From Bacillota bacterium (lineage in GTDB: Bacteria > Bacillota > Limnochordia > DTU087), in contig JAAZMR010000028.1 in the NCBI GenBank assembly GCA_012798695.1, positions 57,168-121,167 on the forward strand: a stretch of 64,000 nt of DNA, read 5' to 3'. The number at the start of each line of letters is the position of its first letter. Within the stretch, counting starts at the first letter, position 1. Both the position numbers and the translations under genes were made by a program. The notes below the pieces were generated by a model. That model did no database searches. It saw only the letters and a list, made by a program, of their open reading frames with translations, and was not told the origin of the DNA. Positions 13,208 through 24,059 of the stretch are shown here, in pieces.

Positions 13208-13735
13208 TTAGGCACCGGCAGCTTCCTTCTGCTCACGCACTGCATCTAAAGCATATACCAAATTGCGCATGATACCCTGTAATGCATTGGCTAGGCCTGC
13301 AATTGGACCCTGCATTGCTCTGGCCACCATGGCAAGCAACTCATCTCGCGGTGGCAGATCCGCCAAGGCCTGGACCGCGTCTATGCCTATGACATTACCT
13401 TCTAGTACTCCACCCTTGATCTCCAGCTCCTTATGGGAACGCGCAAAGTCGCTGATGATCTTGGCTGGAGATACAGGCTCATCATACCCAAGCGCGATCG
13501 CTGTCGGTCCGCTCAGGTATTGCTCCAGGTCGGGCAAATCCACTTCCCTTGCCGCTCGTATAGTCAGGGTGTTCTTGGCAACCTTGTATTCCACACCCGC
13601 TTCTCGCAGCTGACGTCTTAGTTCAGTAATCTCTTGCACATTGAGCCCGCGATAATCGGTCAAAACTACAGCTTGAGCTCGGCTGAGCTTACCCTTAAGC
13701 TCTTCCACTACGGCTACTTTTTCCGGTCTTGCCAC
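13208..13735 (-). CDS. rplJ: 50S ribosomal protein L10
   Basis: DYRGLNV, YKVAKNTL, GPTAIA, LADLPPRDELL; GTG start after GGAGGTG. Confidence 0.98.
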   Translation of the reverse strand: MARPEKVAVVEELKGKLSRAQAVVLTDYRGLNVQEITELRRQLREAGVEYKVAKNTLTIRAAREVDLPDLEQYLSGPTAIALGYDEPVSPAKIISDFARSHKELEIKGGVLEGNVIGIDAVQALADLPPRDELLAMVARAMQGPIAGLANALQGIMRNLVYALDAVREQKEAAGA

Positions 13736-13769
13736 TCTCTTCACCTCCATCTGTGCGACTACCGCCAAT

Positions 13770-13897
13770 AAAAAAGACCCCACAGACTTGGTCTAGAGGG
13801 CCTTATCACATCATGCAGAAAATCACGATGTACTTTACCTCCAGCCTCGGTTGGCGGATACCCTTTAAGTCTGAAAGACACCGACTGTCTTTGGCCG
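13770..13897 (-). promoter_or_regulatory. L10 leader (autoregulatory RNA with attenuator hairpin)
   Basis: Minus strand CCAAAGACAGTCGGTG...TTAA...CCAACCGAGG matches the L10-leader pattern, then a GC hairpin + T run just before the rplJ RBS. Confidence 0.8.
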
Positions 13898-13927
13898 AGT
13901 AGTCATTTGCATTTATTTTTCAGCTAG

Positions 13928-13956
13928 AGTATAGCATACCCAAAGCTATGGGTCAA
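13928..13956 (-). promoter_or_regulatory. Sigma-A promoter of rplJL
   Basis: Minus strand TTGACC-17nt-TATACT with extended TG. Confidence 0.7.
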
Positions 13957-13989
13957 ACCTGCTTAACGCGAGTACACCAGGGGCCTTGC

Positions 13990-14712
13990 TTACTCCTCTT
14001 CGTCCTTCTCCGTCAGCACGTTGACAATCACCTGTGGGTTAATCTTCACACCAGGACTCATGGTAGACGCCATGGCCACTTTGCGCAAATATTGACCTTT
14101 AGCTGCAGCCGGCCTTGCCTTGATTATGGCGTCCATGAGAACTCTAAAATTGCCCAAGAGCGCTCTTTCACTAAAAGATGCCTTACCAATGGCTACGTGT
14201 ACACCGGCTGACCGGTCAACTCTATACTCAATCTTACCGGCTTTCAGTTCTTCAACTGATTTGCCTACTTCGAAGGTTACGGTACCGGCCTTCGGGTTGG
14301 GCATTAATCCTCGCGGTCCCAGCACCCGTCCTAGGCGACCCACCATACCCATCATGTCTGGTGTGGCCACCGATACATCAAAATCCAGAAAGCCGTTCTG
14401 TACCTTTTCCACTAGATCTTCTGCACCTACGATATCGGCTCCTGCTGCCTTAGCGGCCTCAGCATGTTCTCCTTTAGCAAAAACTGCTACCCGCACACTC
14501 TTGCCGGTACCGTGGGGCAACACCACCGTACCTCGCACTTGTTGATCAGCGTGCCGTGGGTCGACTCCCAATTTCAAAGCTACCTCGATTGTTTCATCAA
14601 ACTTCGCGGTAGCCATCTCTTTTACCAGCTTGACTGCTTCTGTCGGTGTATATAACTGTTCGGTATCGACTGCTTTGGCAGCCTCCTGATATCTCTTACC
14701 TCTTTTGGCCAT
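13990..14712 (-). CDS. rplA: 50S ribosomal protein L1
   Basis: [36 protein letters not shown]. Confidence 0.99.
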   Translation of the reverse strand: MAKRGKRYQEAAKAVDTEQLYTPTEAVKLVKEMATAKFDETIEVALKLGVDPRHADQQVRGTVVLPHGTGKSVRVAVFAKGEHAEAAKAAGADIVGAEDLVEKVQNGFLDFDVSVATPDMMGMVGRLGRVLGPRGLMPNPKAGTVTFEVGKSVEELKAGKIEYRVDRSAGVHVAIGKASFSERALLGNFRVLMDAIIKARPAAAKGQYLRKVAMASTMSPGVKINPQVIVNVLTEKDEEE

Positions 14713-14729
14713 TGCTTGTGTCCTCCTCT

Positions 14730-14756
14730 GTGGTAATAGCGGATAATTCCTCCCAC
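14730..14756 (-). promoter_or_regulatory. L1-binding site (rplA leader)
   Basis: Minus strand GTGGGAGG-aattat-CCGCTATTACCAC directly upstream of the rplA RBS; typical Firmicutes L1 operator shape. Confidence 0.7.
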
Positions 14757-14774
14757 AACCAACGAGTAAATCCT

Positions 14775-15200
14775 CTACTTCTGCACTACGATCCCCATGC
14801 TCCGGGCGGTCCCTGCCACCATGCGCATAGCAGCTTCTACGTCACTGGCATTGAGATCAGGCATTTTCAATTCTGCAATCTCTCGCACTTGCTCCGTAGT
14901 CACCTTGGCTACTTTGTGTACATTAGGCGTCCCGGAAGCCTTATCGAGTCCGGCGGCCTTCTTCAGCAAGACAGCTGCCGGCGGCGTCTTCGTTATGAAG
15001 GTAAATGAACGATCCTCGTAGACAGTGATCACTACGGGTATGATCATCCCAGCCTGATTGGCAGTTCGCTCATTGAAAGTCTTGCAGAATTCCATGATAT
15101 TTACACCGTGTTGACCTAGGGCCGGACCTACCGGTGGCGCGGGGTTTGCTTTCCCTGCCGGTACCTGCAGTTTGACAAGGGCAGCTACTTTCTTTGCCAA
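14775..15200 (-). CDS. rplK: 50S ribosomal protein L11
   Basis: [34 protein letters not shown]; TTG start. Confidence 0.99.
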   Translation of the reverse strand: MAKKVAALVKLQVPAGKANPAPPVGPALGQHGVNIMEFCKTFNERTANQAGMIIPVVITVYEDRSFTFITKTPPAAVLLKKAAGLDKASGTPNVHKVAKVTTEQVREIAELKMPDLNASDVEAAMRMVAGTARSMGIVVQK

Positions 15201-15230
15201 TACTTCCACCTCCCTTACACTAACACGGAA

Positions 15231-15773
15231 TTACGCCTTTTCTACCTGTCCGAAATTCAGCTCTACCGGCGTATCCCGTCCAAAAACCGAGACAATCACC
15301 CTTAGTTTGCCTCTCTCTAGGTTGACTTCTTCAATGGTCCCCGTGAAATTCACGAAAGGCCCATCGATAACTTGTACATTGTCCCCAACTGAATAGGCAA
15401 CCTTGGGCTGTTGTTGCTCTAGTCCCATCTGGTCTCGAATAGTCTGCATTTCTTCTTCCATAAGTGGGATCGGCTTATTGCCTGAGCCCACAAAACCTGT
15501 AACACCGGGGGTATTGCGCACAACATACCAGGAATCATCGCTCATGATCATTTGCACCAGAACATAGCCAGGGAAAATCTTCTTTTTCACGATCTTCTTT
15601 TTCCCGTCTTTAAAATCCATTTCTTCTTCCACGGGAACCAGTACCGAGAATATCTTGTCTTCCATGGCCATGGATTCTACCCGGCGCTCCAGATTGGTTT
15701 TTACTTTATTTTCATACCCAGAATAGGTATGAATCACATACCACTGAGTATCTAGATCCTGGATATCATCCAT
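15231..15773 (-). CDS. nusG: Transcription termination/antitermination factor NusG
   Basis: [25 protein letters not shown] motif, FGRDTPVEL. Confidence 0.99.
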   Translation of the reverse strand: MDDIQDLDTQWYVIHTYSGYENKVKTNLERRVESMAMEDKIFSVLVPVEEEMDFKDGKKKIVKKKIFPGYVLVQMIMSDDSWYVVRNTPGVTGFVGSGNKPIPLMEEEMQTIRDQMGLEQQQPKVAYSVGDNVQVIDGPFVNFTGTIEEVNLERGKLRVIVSVFGRDTPVELNFGQVEKA

Positions 15774-15813
15774 GATGTAAAGGGGAGCACTGGTGATATT
15801 TACACCGGCCCCC

Positions 15814-16041
15814 TCACCCCCTTAATCTTCTCAATAGGAAAAGGATTTGACCGAAACCCAGATCCACTAAGCTAATAAACACAGCGACAACTGCCACCGA
15901 TACAATGACAACAATCGTGTAGGTGGTTAGTTCCTTGCGATTGGGCCATACTACTTTTCTCAGTTCTGCCCGAACCTCTTTTAGAAATCGACTGATCCGC
16001 TCCAAAAAAGGCTTCCTTGCACTCTTGGTCGTTGCTCCCAT
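15814..16041 (-). CDS. secE: Preprotein translocase subunit SecE
   Basis: [15 protein letters not shown] followed by one TM helix; lies between rpmG and nusG. Confidence 0.95.
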   Translation of the reverse strand: MGATTKSARKPFLERISRFLKEVRAELRKVVWPNRKELTTYTIVVIVSVAVVAVFISLVDLGFGQILFLLRRLRG

Positions 16042-16117
16042 CTGATTCACTTCCTTACACGGGGCATGACAGGATGACATTTTACCTCTGTTACCCGCCG
16101 AGTTTGAAAGTATAAAG

Positions 16118-16267
16118 CTAACGAGTCTCTTTATGGGCAGTATGCTCTTTACAGAACTTGCAGTACTTCGTCATTTCCAAACGATCCGGATCATTGCGCC
16201 GATTCTTGGTGCTACGATAGTTCCGGTTCTTGCACTTGCCACATTCCAGTGTAATGCCTACCCGCAT
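16118..16267 (-). CDS. rpmG: 50S ribosomal protein L33, zinc-binding form (too short for the ORF track)
   Basis: Hand translation [49 protein letters not shown] (49 aa), two CxxC motifs, GGAGGTG RBS. Confidence 0.97.
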   Translation of the reverse strand: MRVGITLECGKCKNRNYRSTKNRRNDPDRLEMTKYCKFCKEHTAHKETR

Positions 16268-16475
16268 CCGGTCACACCTCCAGCCCTAGTCAGTTACCTT
16301 TAGAATCTATCACATAAGCTTAGGCCTGTCAATACGAGCAGGCCTCATCGTTGGGCTTATCTTCACCGTGCTGATCAAGGTGATTCAATATCATAATGCA
16401 GGATCAGATCTAGGCATCCCCGCTTCTCTGACAATATATGCAGGTATTCCCTATGATGCAGCTGAAAGAGGAGAC

Positions 16476-17132
16476 TTAACCCGTGGCCCTTTCATCCCGC
16501 TTCTGTAGATATCGCTCCAGCTTGCGTTTTACTCTTTGTAGAGCGTTATCAATGGACTTCACATGCCGATCAAGGCTGTCAGCGATTTCCTGATAGGACT
16601 TGCCCTCGAGGTAATACATCAGCACCCTCCACTCCAGGTCGCTGAGAAACTCACCCATCTTCTGCTCAATATGAATAAACTCTTCTCGGCTGATCACTAA
16701 TTCCTCTGGATCTGTAACCTTAGTCCCCGATAGGACATCTAACAATGTTCTATCTGACTCTTCATCATATATAGGCTTATTTAAGGATATATAGGAGTTA
16801 AGAGGAATATGCTTCTGGCGAGTAGCTGTCTTTATCGCAGTGATGATCTGTCGAGTAATGCACAATTCCGCAAAAGCGCGAAAGGAAGCTAGTTTGTCGG
16901 GCCGGAAATCCCGGATCGCCTTGTATAGACCAATCATTCCTTCCTGAATGATGTCTTCCCTATCGGCACCGATAAGAAAATAAGAGCGTGCTTTGGCCCT
17001 GACAAAGTTCTTGTACTTGTTGATCATATACTCTAGCGCAAGCTCATCGCCTTCACGTACAAGCTCAACTAACTGCTCGTCATCCAGGCCGATATAACCT
17101 TCATACAGTTTGCGCTGCGCCTGACTGCTCAA
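16476..17132 (-). CDS. sigH: RNA polymerase sigma-H factor
   Basis: SYFLIGADREDIIQEGMIGLYKAIRDF, RQKHIPLNSYISL, KSIDNALQRVKRKLE; TTG start after GGAGG. Confidence 0.97.
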   Translation of the reverse strand: MSSQAQRKLYEGYIGLDDEQLVELVREGDELALEYMINKYKNFVRAKARSYFLIGADREDIIQEGMIGLYKAIRDFRPDKLASFRAFAELCITRQIITAIKTATRQKHIPLNSYISLNKPIYDEESDRTLLDVLSGTKVTDPEELVISREEFIHIEQKMGEFLSDLEWRVLMYYLEGKSYQEIADSLDRHVKSIDNALQRVKRKLERYLQKRDERATG

Positions 17133-17374
17133 ACATATCGCCTCCACCCGGTTGATTTTGCCTAACAGAGATTGTCCCTGCAGCAAACACAGGACAAAAT
17201 CCCTTCCCCGAGCAGAGCACCAAGGTGTCTGTGGGGGAGTCCGGTCCATGTCCCTTGACTTCCCTGTGATAAAATGGAACCACCCGAAGCCTTCCCCATA
17301 GGGTGTTTACCGGTTAAAAACTGTCATACCGCGTTCTGACCGATGGGCTCAGCTTGTCCATTACGCACAAAATC

Positions 17375-17403
17375 ATTATACAATAGCCTAGAGGGGGCGT
17401 CAA
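17375..17403 (-). promoter_or_regulatory. Sigma-A promoter upstream of sigH
   Basis: Minus strand TTGACG-17nt-TATAAT. Confidence 0.7.
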
Positions 17404-17455
17404 GAAAGCGAGTCCAAGCGGTTTTGAACCAAAACACTCACTGCAGGTTGGCATT

Positions 17456-18202
17456 TCAGCCATGGTTTACCTGAGCACTGGCTCTTTGCCTGACCACCTC
17501 ATACATCATGACGGCGGCCGCCACAGCAGCATTCAAAGAGTTGATCTGCCCATACATAGGCAACCTCACTGTTAGGTCACATCTCTCTCTGGTGAGGCGG
17601 GCCATACCCTTGCCCTCTCCCCCGATCACTAGTGCCATTGGCCCGGTGAGATCAGTCTCAAAGTGCAAATTCTCCCCAGTCATGTCTGCTCCCACCACCC
17701 AAAGCCCCGCTTCTTTCAAGGTCGCAATCGCCTGGGACAAGTTAGTCACTTGTGCCACCGGCACGTATTCCACTGCGCCTGCGGAGACCTTAGCTACCGT
17801 CGACGTCAATCCCACGGCTCGCCTTTTAGGAATGACTACACCATGGGCACCTACTGCCTCTGCTGTGCGCAATACAGACCCAAGATTATGGGGATCCTGA
17901 ATGCCATCCAAAATGATAATTAACGGGTCTTCAGATTGGGCCTGTGCTCTCGCAATCAAATCTGGTAGTGCTGCATAACCTACGGGTTTGCGCCAAGCGA
18001 TCACTCCCTGATGGGCCCGGGTACGACTCTTTCTGTCCAGCCATTCCCGTTCTCGCCACTCAATCGCGATCCCGGCTGCTGACGCTAGTTGTATGATCTC
18101 CCGCAGACTGCGCTGCGAGCCCTCAGCCAATACCAGCTTGTCCAGCTTGGCTCCTGCTCTTAGGGCCTCTCGCACCGGATTCTTACCTTCAATCTGTTCC
18201 AT
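17456..18202 (-). CDS. rlmB: 23S rRNA (Gm2251) 2'-O-methyltransferase
   Basis: HQGV, DGIQDPHNLGSVLR, GGEGKG, SLNAAVA (SPOUT motifs). Confidence 0.95.
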   Translation of the reverse strand: MEQIEGKNPVREALRAGAKLDKLVLAEGSQRSLREIIQLASAAGIAIEWREREWLDRKSRTRAHQGVIAWRKPVGYAALPDLIARAQAQSEDPLIIILDGIQDPHNLGSVLRTAEAVGAHGVVIPKRRAVGLTSTVAKVSAGAVEYVPVAQVTNLSQAIATLKEAGLWVVGADMTGENLHFETDLTGPMALVIGGEGKGMARLTRERCDLTVRLPMYGQINSLNAAVAAAVMMYEVVRQRASAQVNHG

Positions 18203-18229
18203 GCTCTAGACTCCTCATGCCTTTTCCCA

Positions 18230-18697
18230 TCATGTCTCGGAAATATCAGCCTCTGGCACCAATAACAGCAATTCCCGCAACCGCTCTTGCTCACCGGCCA
18301 AGTACAAATAGCCTACCAAAGCTTCAAGGCCGGTACTCAAACGATAGTCTATTACCTTAGCCCCCCGGGGCACAGCACTACTTGTGTTGCGTCCCCGTCT
18401 GACTATCTCCATCTCTTGTTCATCCAAAACCGGTTCCCAGGCCTCTAAAATCCGGGCCTGGCTGCCAGCGTTCACCCAGTGTACTGCCTGTTTGTGAAGA
18501 TTGTGCATGCGTCGATAACCGCTGTCTACCAAACGCAGACGAATCCACAGTTCAAAAACTGCATCACCGATATAGGCTAGGACCAAGGGGGGCAATCCTC
18601 GGAGTTCTTCCAAGGACAGAACTCCCTCCCCTAAACCCATGAGTCCCTGAGACTGATCTGGCTGCTCTTGGGTAGAATGGTGATCATTTGCCGCCAT
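18230..18697 (-). CDS. mrnC: Mini-ribonuclease III
   Basis: LAYIGDAVFEL, RRGRN, STGLEALVGYLYL; lies between cysS and rlmB. Confidence 0.93.
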   Translation of the reverse strand: MAANDHHSTQEQPDQSQGLMGLGEGVLSLEELRGLPPLVLAYIGDAVFELWIRLRLVDSGYRRMHNLHKQAVHWVNAGSQARILEAWEPVLDEQEMEIVRRGRNTSSAVPRGAKVIDYRLSTGLEALVGYLYLAGEQERLRELLLLVPEADISET

Positions 18698-18760
18698 AAA
18701 AACACCTCATCATTGACTTCCTACACTAATTCCCTACTGAAGAGGTCTTACAATAGAAGT

Positions 18761-20248
18761 TCACAATCTCCAGCGGGTGCCTAGAGGAGAATCTTCTAGC
18801 TTCACACCTAATCTGGCCAATTCATCCCTAATGAAATCGGCTGTAGCCCAATTCTTTTGTGCTCTCGCCTGCTGCCGCACAGCAATCAGAAGCTCGATCA
18901 GTTCACCGAGTAGTTCTTGCGAGCCAGAGGCTGATCGGGCTGAATCAACTAACCCCAGAACATCTCCACCCAGCTGATCGAACACTTTAGCTGCTGCCTG
19001 TAAGGCGGGAAAACTCTCCCGACGTTCGTCTTCAGTCAGATCAGCTAATTGTGCTTCAAAAGTGTTGAGACTGCGAACTAACTCGAATAGAGCGGCTACC
19101 GCTGAAGCAGTATTAAAATCATCTTCCATGGCAGCTACAAACTTGGTCTGAGCACTAGTAACTGCCTCCACTAACTGCTTAATCGCCGGAACGGCACTCT
19201 CGCCTAGAGGCCGAATGCCTCCACCTCTAGATACCTCGGTCTGACTGACAGAGACCATCAAATGCTCTAGGTTGGTTACCGCATTTTGCAGCCTTTCCCA
19301 ACCTCGGAGTGCCTCCGCAAGTTTCTCCTCACTATACTGCAAAGGGCTGCGGTAATGAGATGATAACACATAGAAACGAATAGCGCCTGCTGGGTATTTT
19401 TCGAGAAGCTCTGTTAGGGGAGTAAAGTTGCCCAATGACTTGGACATTTTCTCATCTTTGACATGCAAAAGTCCATTGTGTACCCAACAGCTTGCGAAGG
19501 GAGGGGTACCACTATATGCCTCTGATTGAGCCACCTCATTTTCATGATGAGGGAAAACCAGATCGACTCCACCCCCATGCAGATCAAAATGGTTTCCCAA
19601 ATACTTAAGGGCCATAGCTGAGCATTCTATGTGCCATCCAGGCCTGCCCTTTCCCCAAGGGCTCTCCCAGGCTGGTTCTTGTGGTTTGGCGCTCTTCCAA
19701 AGAGCAAAATCCATGGCATGTCGCTTGCGCTCATCTACAGCTAGACGAGTACCTTCTTCCAGCTCATCGAGCCGCTGCCCGGATAGTTTCCCATATTCAG
19801 CAAATGTAGTAACATCGAAGTAAACATCACCATCCACCACATAAGCATGACCCTTTTCGATCAATCCATCCACCATCTCTATGATAGCCGGGATCTCCTG
19901 ACTTACCCGAGGGTAAACATCGGCCCGCTTCACTCCTAAGGCATCCATAGCTTCCAGATACTCCTGGGCATAGCGGCTGGAAATCTCCAGTACGTCTTCT
20001 CCGGTCTGCTGGGCACGAGCTATGACTTTATCATCTACATCGGTGAAATTCTGTATCAACCGCACCTGGTAGCCCCGGTACTCAAGAAATCTGCGGATGG
20101 CATCCCATATAATGGAAGGCACAGCATGCCCCAGGTGGCTTTCATCGTAAGGGGTAATGCCGCAAACATAAATAGAAACACGTCCCGCATCACGGGGGAC
20201 AAACGGCTCCTTCTTGCGAGTTAAGGTATTATAAATCTGAATGGGCAT
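18761..20248 (-). CDS. cysS: Cysteine--tRNA ligase
   Basis: [36 protein letters not shown]; start at MPIQIYNTL. Confidence 0.98.
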   Translation of the reverse strand: MPIQIYNTLTRKKEPFVPRDAGRVSIYVCGITPYDESHLGHAVPSIIWDAIRRFLEYRGYQVRLIQNFTDVDDKVIARAQQTGEDVLEISSRYAQEYLEAMDALGVKRADVYPRVSQEIPAIIEMVDGLIEKGHAYVVDGDVYFDVTTFAEYGKLSGQRLDELEEGTRLAVDERKRHAMDFALWKSAKPQEPAWESPWGKGRPGWHIECSAMALKYLGNHFDLHGGGVDLVFPHHENEVAQSEAYSGTPPFASCWVHNGLLHVKDEKMSKSLGNFTPLTELLEKYPAGAIRFYVLSSHYRSPLQYSEEKLAEALRGWERLQNAVTNLEHLMVSVSQTEVSRGGGIRPLGESAVPAIKQLVEAVTSAQTKFVAAMEDDFNTASAVAALFELVRSLNTFEAQLADLTEDERRESFPALQAAAKVFDQLGGDVLGLVDSARSASGSQELLGELIELLIAVRQQARAQKNWATADFIRDELARLGVKLEDSPLGTRWRL

Positions 20249-20425
20249 GACCTTCTCCCTCTTTTCCACGGCAATGCCGTAAACTTCTTCTATATATCCT
20301 AACATAGTCTCTCCCAAAAACCTAGAACATGTGAGATCAGCGAGTGACCACTAGGAACTCGGTCGCATATGGTAAAGCAGATTGCCTAAGTCTACCCGAC
20401 TTGATCTTACTTGGAGGGATGTTCA

Positions 20426-21268
20426 ATGACTTATCACTTACACAACCCTTGGCATGAGTTTATTCGACCCCCATGGCTGGGTCGGCAGCCCAAACCCAGA
20501 TTTGCCGGTCTAACCATGGTAATCGATAAAGGGATGGATCTGGTGACCACAGAACACTGGCTATCACTGGCTGCCGACCATGTGGATTTTATTAAACTAG
20601 GATTTGGGACTGCACCCTTATACCCTAAAGAACAGCTGCTCAAGAAGATCTCTCTGGCAAAATCCTATGGAGTTGACATCTATCCCGGTGGTACTCTATT
20701 GGAGATCGCCGTCCAACAAGGTAAAATCAGGGAATTCCTCTCGATAGTGCAAGACCTCGGTTTTACCTATGTGGAAGTCTCTGCCGGCACCATTGATATC
20801 GCTCCCGGACTGAGGCGACAGATCATTACCAAGGCTCACACTCTGGGGCTGGGTGTGCTGACAGAGGTGGGCAAGAAGGACACTGATGTCCCGTTTGACC
20901 CCAAGGCCGTCGCCCAGCAAATTGAAGACGATCTGGCGACTGGAGCCTATCAAGTGATCATCGAGGCCCGGGAGTCAGGCCGCGGTATCGGCATCTATGA
21001 CGTGGCTGGTAAAATCCGCGCCGATATTCTCCAAACCATACTTGATGGTGTCACTCGCCCCGAAAGCATCATGTGGGAAGCTCCTCAAGTCTCTCAACAG
21101 CAGAAACTCTTGATCAAGCTCGGCCACAGTGCCAATCTAGGCAATATCCAGCCAGGCGATGTGCTAGCTTTGGAAGCTACTCGACTGGGAATGCGCTCTG
21201 ATACCTTCAAGTTGAATATTCAGGAGGTGAGTACCAATGCCCAAGTTCAAGTGGCGAATATCCCTTGA
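20426..21268 (+). CDS. comA: Phosphosulfolactate synthase (ComA/YitD family)
   Basis: KPRFAGLTMVIDKG, DFIKLGFGT, YPGGTLLE, EVGKK, IEARESG, WEAP, NLGNI, LEATRLGMRSDT. Confidence 0.9.
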   Translation: MTYHLHNPWHEFIRPPWLGRQPKPRFAGLTMVIDKGMDLVTTEHWLSLAADHVDFIKLGFGTAPLYPKEQLLKKISLAKSYGVDIYPGGTLLEIAVQQGKIREFLSIVQDLGFTYVEVSAGTIDIAPGLRRQIITKAHTLGLGVLTEVGKKDTDVPFDPKAVAQQIEDDLATGAYQVIIEARESGRGIGIYDVAGKIRADILQTILDGVTRPESIMWEAPQVSQQQKLLIKLGHSANLGNIQPGDVLALEATRLGMRSDTFKLNIQEVSTNAQVQVANIP

Positions 21269-21379
21269 TTGGCTTTCGGTGTTCTTGGCACTGATCATAG
21301 CCGCTCTGGTCAAGACCCAGATGCTCACTTATGTCCCCTGGTAAGATGCATGACCGATTAACACAGGAGGTTTTGTGGT

Positions 21380-22441
21380 ATGAGTGAACTTGGTGAAAAC
21401 ATATCCAGCCGCCAGTCATTACCATCAGTTGCACTTTCCTTAGCCCCCCTCCGTAGAGGAATGCGGTTGATCCCAGGCATTGCCTTATTACTCGTCATTG
21501 GCTATCTGGGAAAAATCGCTGCAGCTTATGTTCCCCATATGGAATATGTGCTGTTTGCCATTGCCCTTGGTGCCTTAGTTTCTAACACTATACCCATACC
21601 CCAAGTGTTTGTCCCCGGTATTCGCACCTATGAATTCTGGCTTAAGGTCGGAATAGTATTGATGGGAGCCAAGTTCTCGGTATCTAGTGTTGTCAACATT
21701 GGTGCCACAGGCATTACTTTGGTGATAGCTGAGATCTGCCTGGCGATCGTTGTGGCTCGCCTTCTATCTCGAGCAGCCGGACTCTCCGAGGAACTCGGCA
21801 GTCTCATCGGAGTAGGGGTCGGCATCTGTGGCGTATCAGCTATCATCGGTGCCACTGGTGCCATCAATGCTACCGAAGAAGACGCTAGCTATGCCATTGC
21901 GACGATTCTCATTTTTGGTGCGATCATGTTGGCCATCTACCCCCTAATTGGCCATCTCACCCATATGTCTGATACTGTTTTTGGTTTCTGGACAGGATTG
22001 TCAATAGATAATACCGCTGAAGCGGTGGCTACCGGTATGGCTTTTTCCGAACAGGCTGCTGAGGTGGCCACGGTCGTGAAACTTTCCCGCAATGCCTTGA
22101 TGGGTTTTGTGATCTTGCTGTTTGCCTTGATTCATGCTCGACGGGGTATTGCCAAAGAGATCGAAAACAAGGGGGCCTTTCTGTGGGCCCGTTTCCCCAA
22201 ATTCGTTCTAGGGTTTCTGCTGCTTTCTGCACTGAAGACAGCGGGATTCTTTAGCCCAACCCAAGCCAAGATTTTGACCAATATCTCCAATTGGGCTTTT
22301 CTACTTACCTTTGCCGGGGTGGGGCTCTCTTTACAGAGAACCCGGATGAAGGCGGGTTTGAAACCCTTTGTTGTCGGGCTCGGTGTAGAAACGGTGGTTT
22401 CTATGGTTACCTTTCTAATGGTTACTCTGACACTAAAATGA
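21380..22441 (+). CDS. YeiH/UPF0324-family (putative sulfate exporter family) membrane protein
   Basis: About 10 TM helices, GVGICGVSAI, VKLSRN, FPKFVLGF motifs. Confidence 0.8.
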   Translation: MSELGENISSRQSLPSVALSLAPLRRGMRLIPGIALLLVIGYLGKIAAAYVPHMEYVLFAIALGALVSNTIPIPQVFVPGIRTYEFWLKVGIVLMGAKFSVSSVVNIGATGITLVIAEICLAIVVARLLSRAAGLSEELGSLIGVGVGICGVSAIIGATGAINATEEDASYAIATILIFGAIMLAIYPLIGHLTHMSDTVFGFWTGLSIDNTAEAVATGMAFSEQAAEVATVVKLSRNALMGFVILLFALIHARRGIAKEIENKGAFLWARFPKFVLGFLLLSALKTAGFFSPTQAKILTNISNWAFLLTFAGVGLSLQRTRMKAGLKPFVVGLGVETVVSMVTFLMVTLTLK

Positions 22442-22465
22442 GGCCAATCTCCCCAATTTGGCTAG

Positions 22466-22499
22466 AGGCCCCGCCACAAAGGTGGGGCCTTATTTCTTT
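22466..22499 (+). terminator. Intrinsic terminator after the YeiH-family gene
   Basis: AGGCCCCGCC-acaaa-GGTGGGGCCT followed by TATTTCTTT. Confidence 0.7.
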
Positions 22500-22653
22500 A
22501 CTTAGGCCCCATCCCCTCTTTACCTGGCTTTCGGACTCCCCCTTGATTGATGACCAGCGTAAAACTTAGCATCTACCCCTTATTCCCCAGCTATGTTCAG
22601 CGCATTATGGGTGAGGTAAGAGAATATGTTGGAAAGAGGAAGGGGGGCATGGC

Positions 22654-23103
22654 ATGTTTCATGATATATGCTTACTGGTGATGCTCTTTCTCGGTGTAGT
22701 TGGCGAAAACTATCTGGTATCCGTTTCTGCAGCCATCCTTCTGTTAATCCGCTTAATCGGCCTAGACCAACTCCTCCCTTATCTGGAGGGGCCAGGGCTA
22801 AGGCTGGGCCTTACTCTACTCATTCTCTCGATTCTGACACCCTTTGCCATAGGCCGAATAACTACAGAGGATATCATCGGCGCAGTCACTAGGCCCCAGG
22901 GTGCTGCCGCCATTGTAGCAGGCATTGCCGGGGCCTATCTAGGTGCTCGGGGCCTCAATTTTTTGGAGACTCATCCGGAAAGCATAACCGGTTTGGTAAT
23001 TGGCACTATCATTGGAGCCACTTTTTTCAAAGGCATACCAGTAGGGCCACTAGTAGCCGCAGGTATGGCTGCTCTGCTAGCGGATTTTCTGATCGGCTCT
23101 TAA
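22654..23103 (+). CDS. DUF441 (UPF0756) membrane protein
   Basis: Small hydrophobic protein with GLVIGTIIG..FFKGIPVGPLVAAG signature. Confidence 0.85.
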   Translation: MFHDICLLVMLFLGVVGENYLVSVSAAILLLIRLIGLDQLLPYLEGPGLRLGLTLLILSILTPFAIGRITTEDIIGAVTRPQGAAAIVAGIAGAYLGARGLNFLETHPESITGLVIGTIIGATFFKGIPVGPLVAAGMAALLADFLIGS

Positions 23104-24059
23104 GACGTAAGAACAATTCTCCCCATAGCTTGCCATTTACCAGCCGCCCATGATCTCGCTCCCGCGACAAAGGAGAGGAATTGATCCAGTAAGCGAGCCA
23201 AAAGATCAATGAGCTGCTGCAGCCAGGTGCGTACCGTCCCCTTTAGTCCGGTCTGGGTACCTAGTAGTCGATCAACTCGGTCAGATACCTGGTCCAGCTG
23301 TATTTCTATGTCATCCAACCGCAGATCCAAGTTCTTCATCCTCGTCATCAAGTCTGCTATTCTCTTCACATCAGTGTCGGATAGCCTGATCCCCAGTTCA
23401 GCCTCCAACCGACGAATCAGCTGGATGATCTCCGCTTGATCAGTCAGATTTTGACTGATCACCTCTTCCTTAACCCGTTCCATTAACTGGCTGGCTTTTT
23501 CATGCCCGATCGACTCCCCTACTTCCTTCGTCACATACAACTCCTGACCGGCAATACGCTTGGCTTGGTCAGGCAGCTCCTCACCAACGGCCGCTTCAAA
23601 AGCCTTAAAGATGCCAGTTAAGGCCGCAGTCCCAGATACCGGCACCGGTGCTGCAACTACCACTTGAGCATCTCGTACCCCGCCTGTAACCAAAGCCTGG
23701 GCAAACGTTCGCCTTGAAACCCATGTAATATTATGAGTCGATACCTGCAACCCGCTGCCCGGCTGTAAAGGTCTTACATATGCTGACGAAATGGCCCGAG
23801 TGCCTAGGTATGAGGCGGGTACAGTGTCACCCAGAAGTGCATGTTCTTCCGTATTGGTAACCGATAATTCACGTACAGGCTCGTGGCCAGGTTGGATGCC
23901 CATAACCCGCACGATTTTTGCCTTATCTTGGGCTGACAAATCTGCACCCCAGGTGATCACTGCTTCCTCAGCAGTTCGCACAGGCGCTGCTAGAAAGGCC
24001 ATGAAAAACAGAGCGATCAGCAGCCTTCTCCCCCAGAGAGCTATGGTTGGGGCCATCAT
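23100..24059 (-). CDS. DUF1002 (YpuA-like) secreted protein
   Basis: Signal peptide, GADLS, VTNTEEH, AISSAYV, NITWV, VAAPVPVSGTAALTGIFKAFE. Confidence 0.85.
   Translation of the reverse strand: MMAPTIALWGRRLLIALFFMAFLAAPVRTAEEAVITWGADLSAQDKAKIVRVMGIQPGHEPVRELSVTNTEEHALLGDTVPASYLGTRAISSAYVRPLQPGSGLQVSTHNITWVSRRTFAQALVTGGVRDAQVVVAAPVPVSGTAALTGIFKAFEAAVGEELPDQAKRIAGQELYVTKEVGESIGHEKASQLMERVKEEVISQNLTDQAEIIQLIRRLEAELGIRLSDTDVKRIADLMTRMKNLDLRLDDIEIQLDQVSDRVDRLLGTQTGLKGTVRTWLQQLIDLLARLLDQFLSFVAGARSWAAGKWQAMGRIVLTS

Noticed and set aside
16268-16475. Possible tRNA cluster between sigH and rpmG, as in some Firmicutes
   Set aside because: No cloverleaf, TTCGA T-loop or CCA end found; only a promoter-like sequence.
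20249-20425. T-box leader upstream of cysS
   Set aside because: No T-box consensus (GGTGGNACCGCG) or terminator, and the space is too short.
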